This document shows positions 22,894 to 23,617 of a stretch of DNA of 23,617 nucleotides, in pieces. This DNA is from Ginkgo biloba (taxonomy: Eukaryota > Plantae > Ginkgophyta), in the NCBI GenBank assembly GCA_024626585.2, contig JANKJI020000002.1, positions 267,953,920 to 267,977,536 of the forward strand. Direction: 5' to 3'. The notes beneath the pieces were generated by a model. It saw nothing but the letters and a program-made list of their open reading frames with translations. It was not told the origin of the DNA and made no database searches. The first letter of the stretch is position 1; the number at the start of each line of letters is the position of its first letter. The position numbers were made by a program, and so were the translations under genes.

Positions 22894-23617
22894 GCTAACA
22901 TCTACTCCCCTCCTAAGACTTGAGCATCCTGCTCAAGTAAGAAATCAAGACTAAGGAGAAGTTGAATGCAAATGTGTAGAGGGAGTGGCTACAGGAACTC
23001 TAGTCTTGCTAGTAGTATCTTTTGTCTCCATCAATTGGGATGGCCCAACATTTTTAGTACAGAGCCTTATGAGTTCCTTCTCTAACCTTATAGCCTTTTA
23101 CCATCATGTTTTCTACTTGGGTTGTCTTGGTCTTCTCTTGTTTTTCTTTGGACAATTTATACTCTAGTCCCACAATCTGTCGTTGGAACTCTTTTTCTAC
23201 CACAACCTTCTGCTGAATGGACTGATGCCTTAATTCTTGTTCGTGATTCTCCTACCATTCTTGCTTTGTTGTTTCTAGTTGCTCCTCATATTCTTTCTTC
23301 CATTGTGATTTTGATTCTTCCAACTCTTTTTCAATTCTCTCGCAACAAGCCTCCAATTCCACCTTCACTTGCTCCAATTCACTCCAAAGGACTTCTAGTT
23401 CCTCTTTGGGTTTGTTGTGCTTCTACAACCTACTATATGTACTAAATATTTCCTTCTAATGACACCCAGTAGAGTTTCTACATTAAGGGTCTCGCGTATA
23501 AGTCTTCCTCCTCAAGTGTGGCCAATTCAATGTATCCTCCCAAATTCATACGTCTAACATAGGAGGCCCACTCCTCTGGATCTTCCTCAACTTTATCCAG
23601 CATATGCTCCCTTTGTT
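22894..23617 (-). mobile_element. 3' internal region of a gypsy-like LTR element: decayed coiled-coil accessory ORF, hairpin, PPT and start of 3' LTR
   Basis: The minus strand reads KEELEVLWSELEQVKVELEACCERIEKELEESKSQWKKEYEEQLETTKQEW*... with frameshifts, ending at TAG 22951-22953. Hairpin at 22918-22938, PPT AGGAGGGGAGTAGA at 22901-22914, and LTR start TGTTAGC at 22900 running into a gap. Confidence 0.7.

Noticed and set aside
23122-23445. 107-aa hydrophobic + strand ORF
   Set aside because: Antisense of the minus-strand coiled-coil retroelement ORF.

Overview
AT-rich eukaryotic DNA with many assembly gaps. It looks like a large-genome seed plant, probably a gymnosperm (inferred from old decayed retroelements and multi-kb TE-filled introns). 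Nine gaps are exactly 100 N, so adjacency across them is uncertain. A minus-strand host gene of unknown identity appears to span much of the window. It has a large disordered exon (17430 to at least 16600) and three small exons (13162-12969, 8325-8278, 6316-6254) that splice into one open peptide. The rest is mostly decayed transposons: Ty1/copia RT-RNaseH with PPT and 3' LTR, two Ty3/gypsy gag or gag-protease remnants, an L1 LINE 3' end, several LTR/PPT junctions and a coiled-coil ORF next to a PPT. The most unusual element is at 371-1403 (-): an intronless, shortened, chimeric copy of a plant MED26/TFIIS-N gene. Upstream of it lie a second unknown ORF and a cluster of TGACGTCA motifs, so it may be a host transcription factor captured by a mobile element. 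No prokaryotic features, CRISPR arrays or RNA genes were found.
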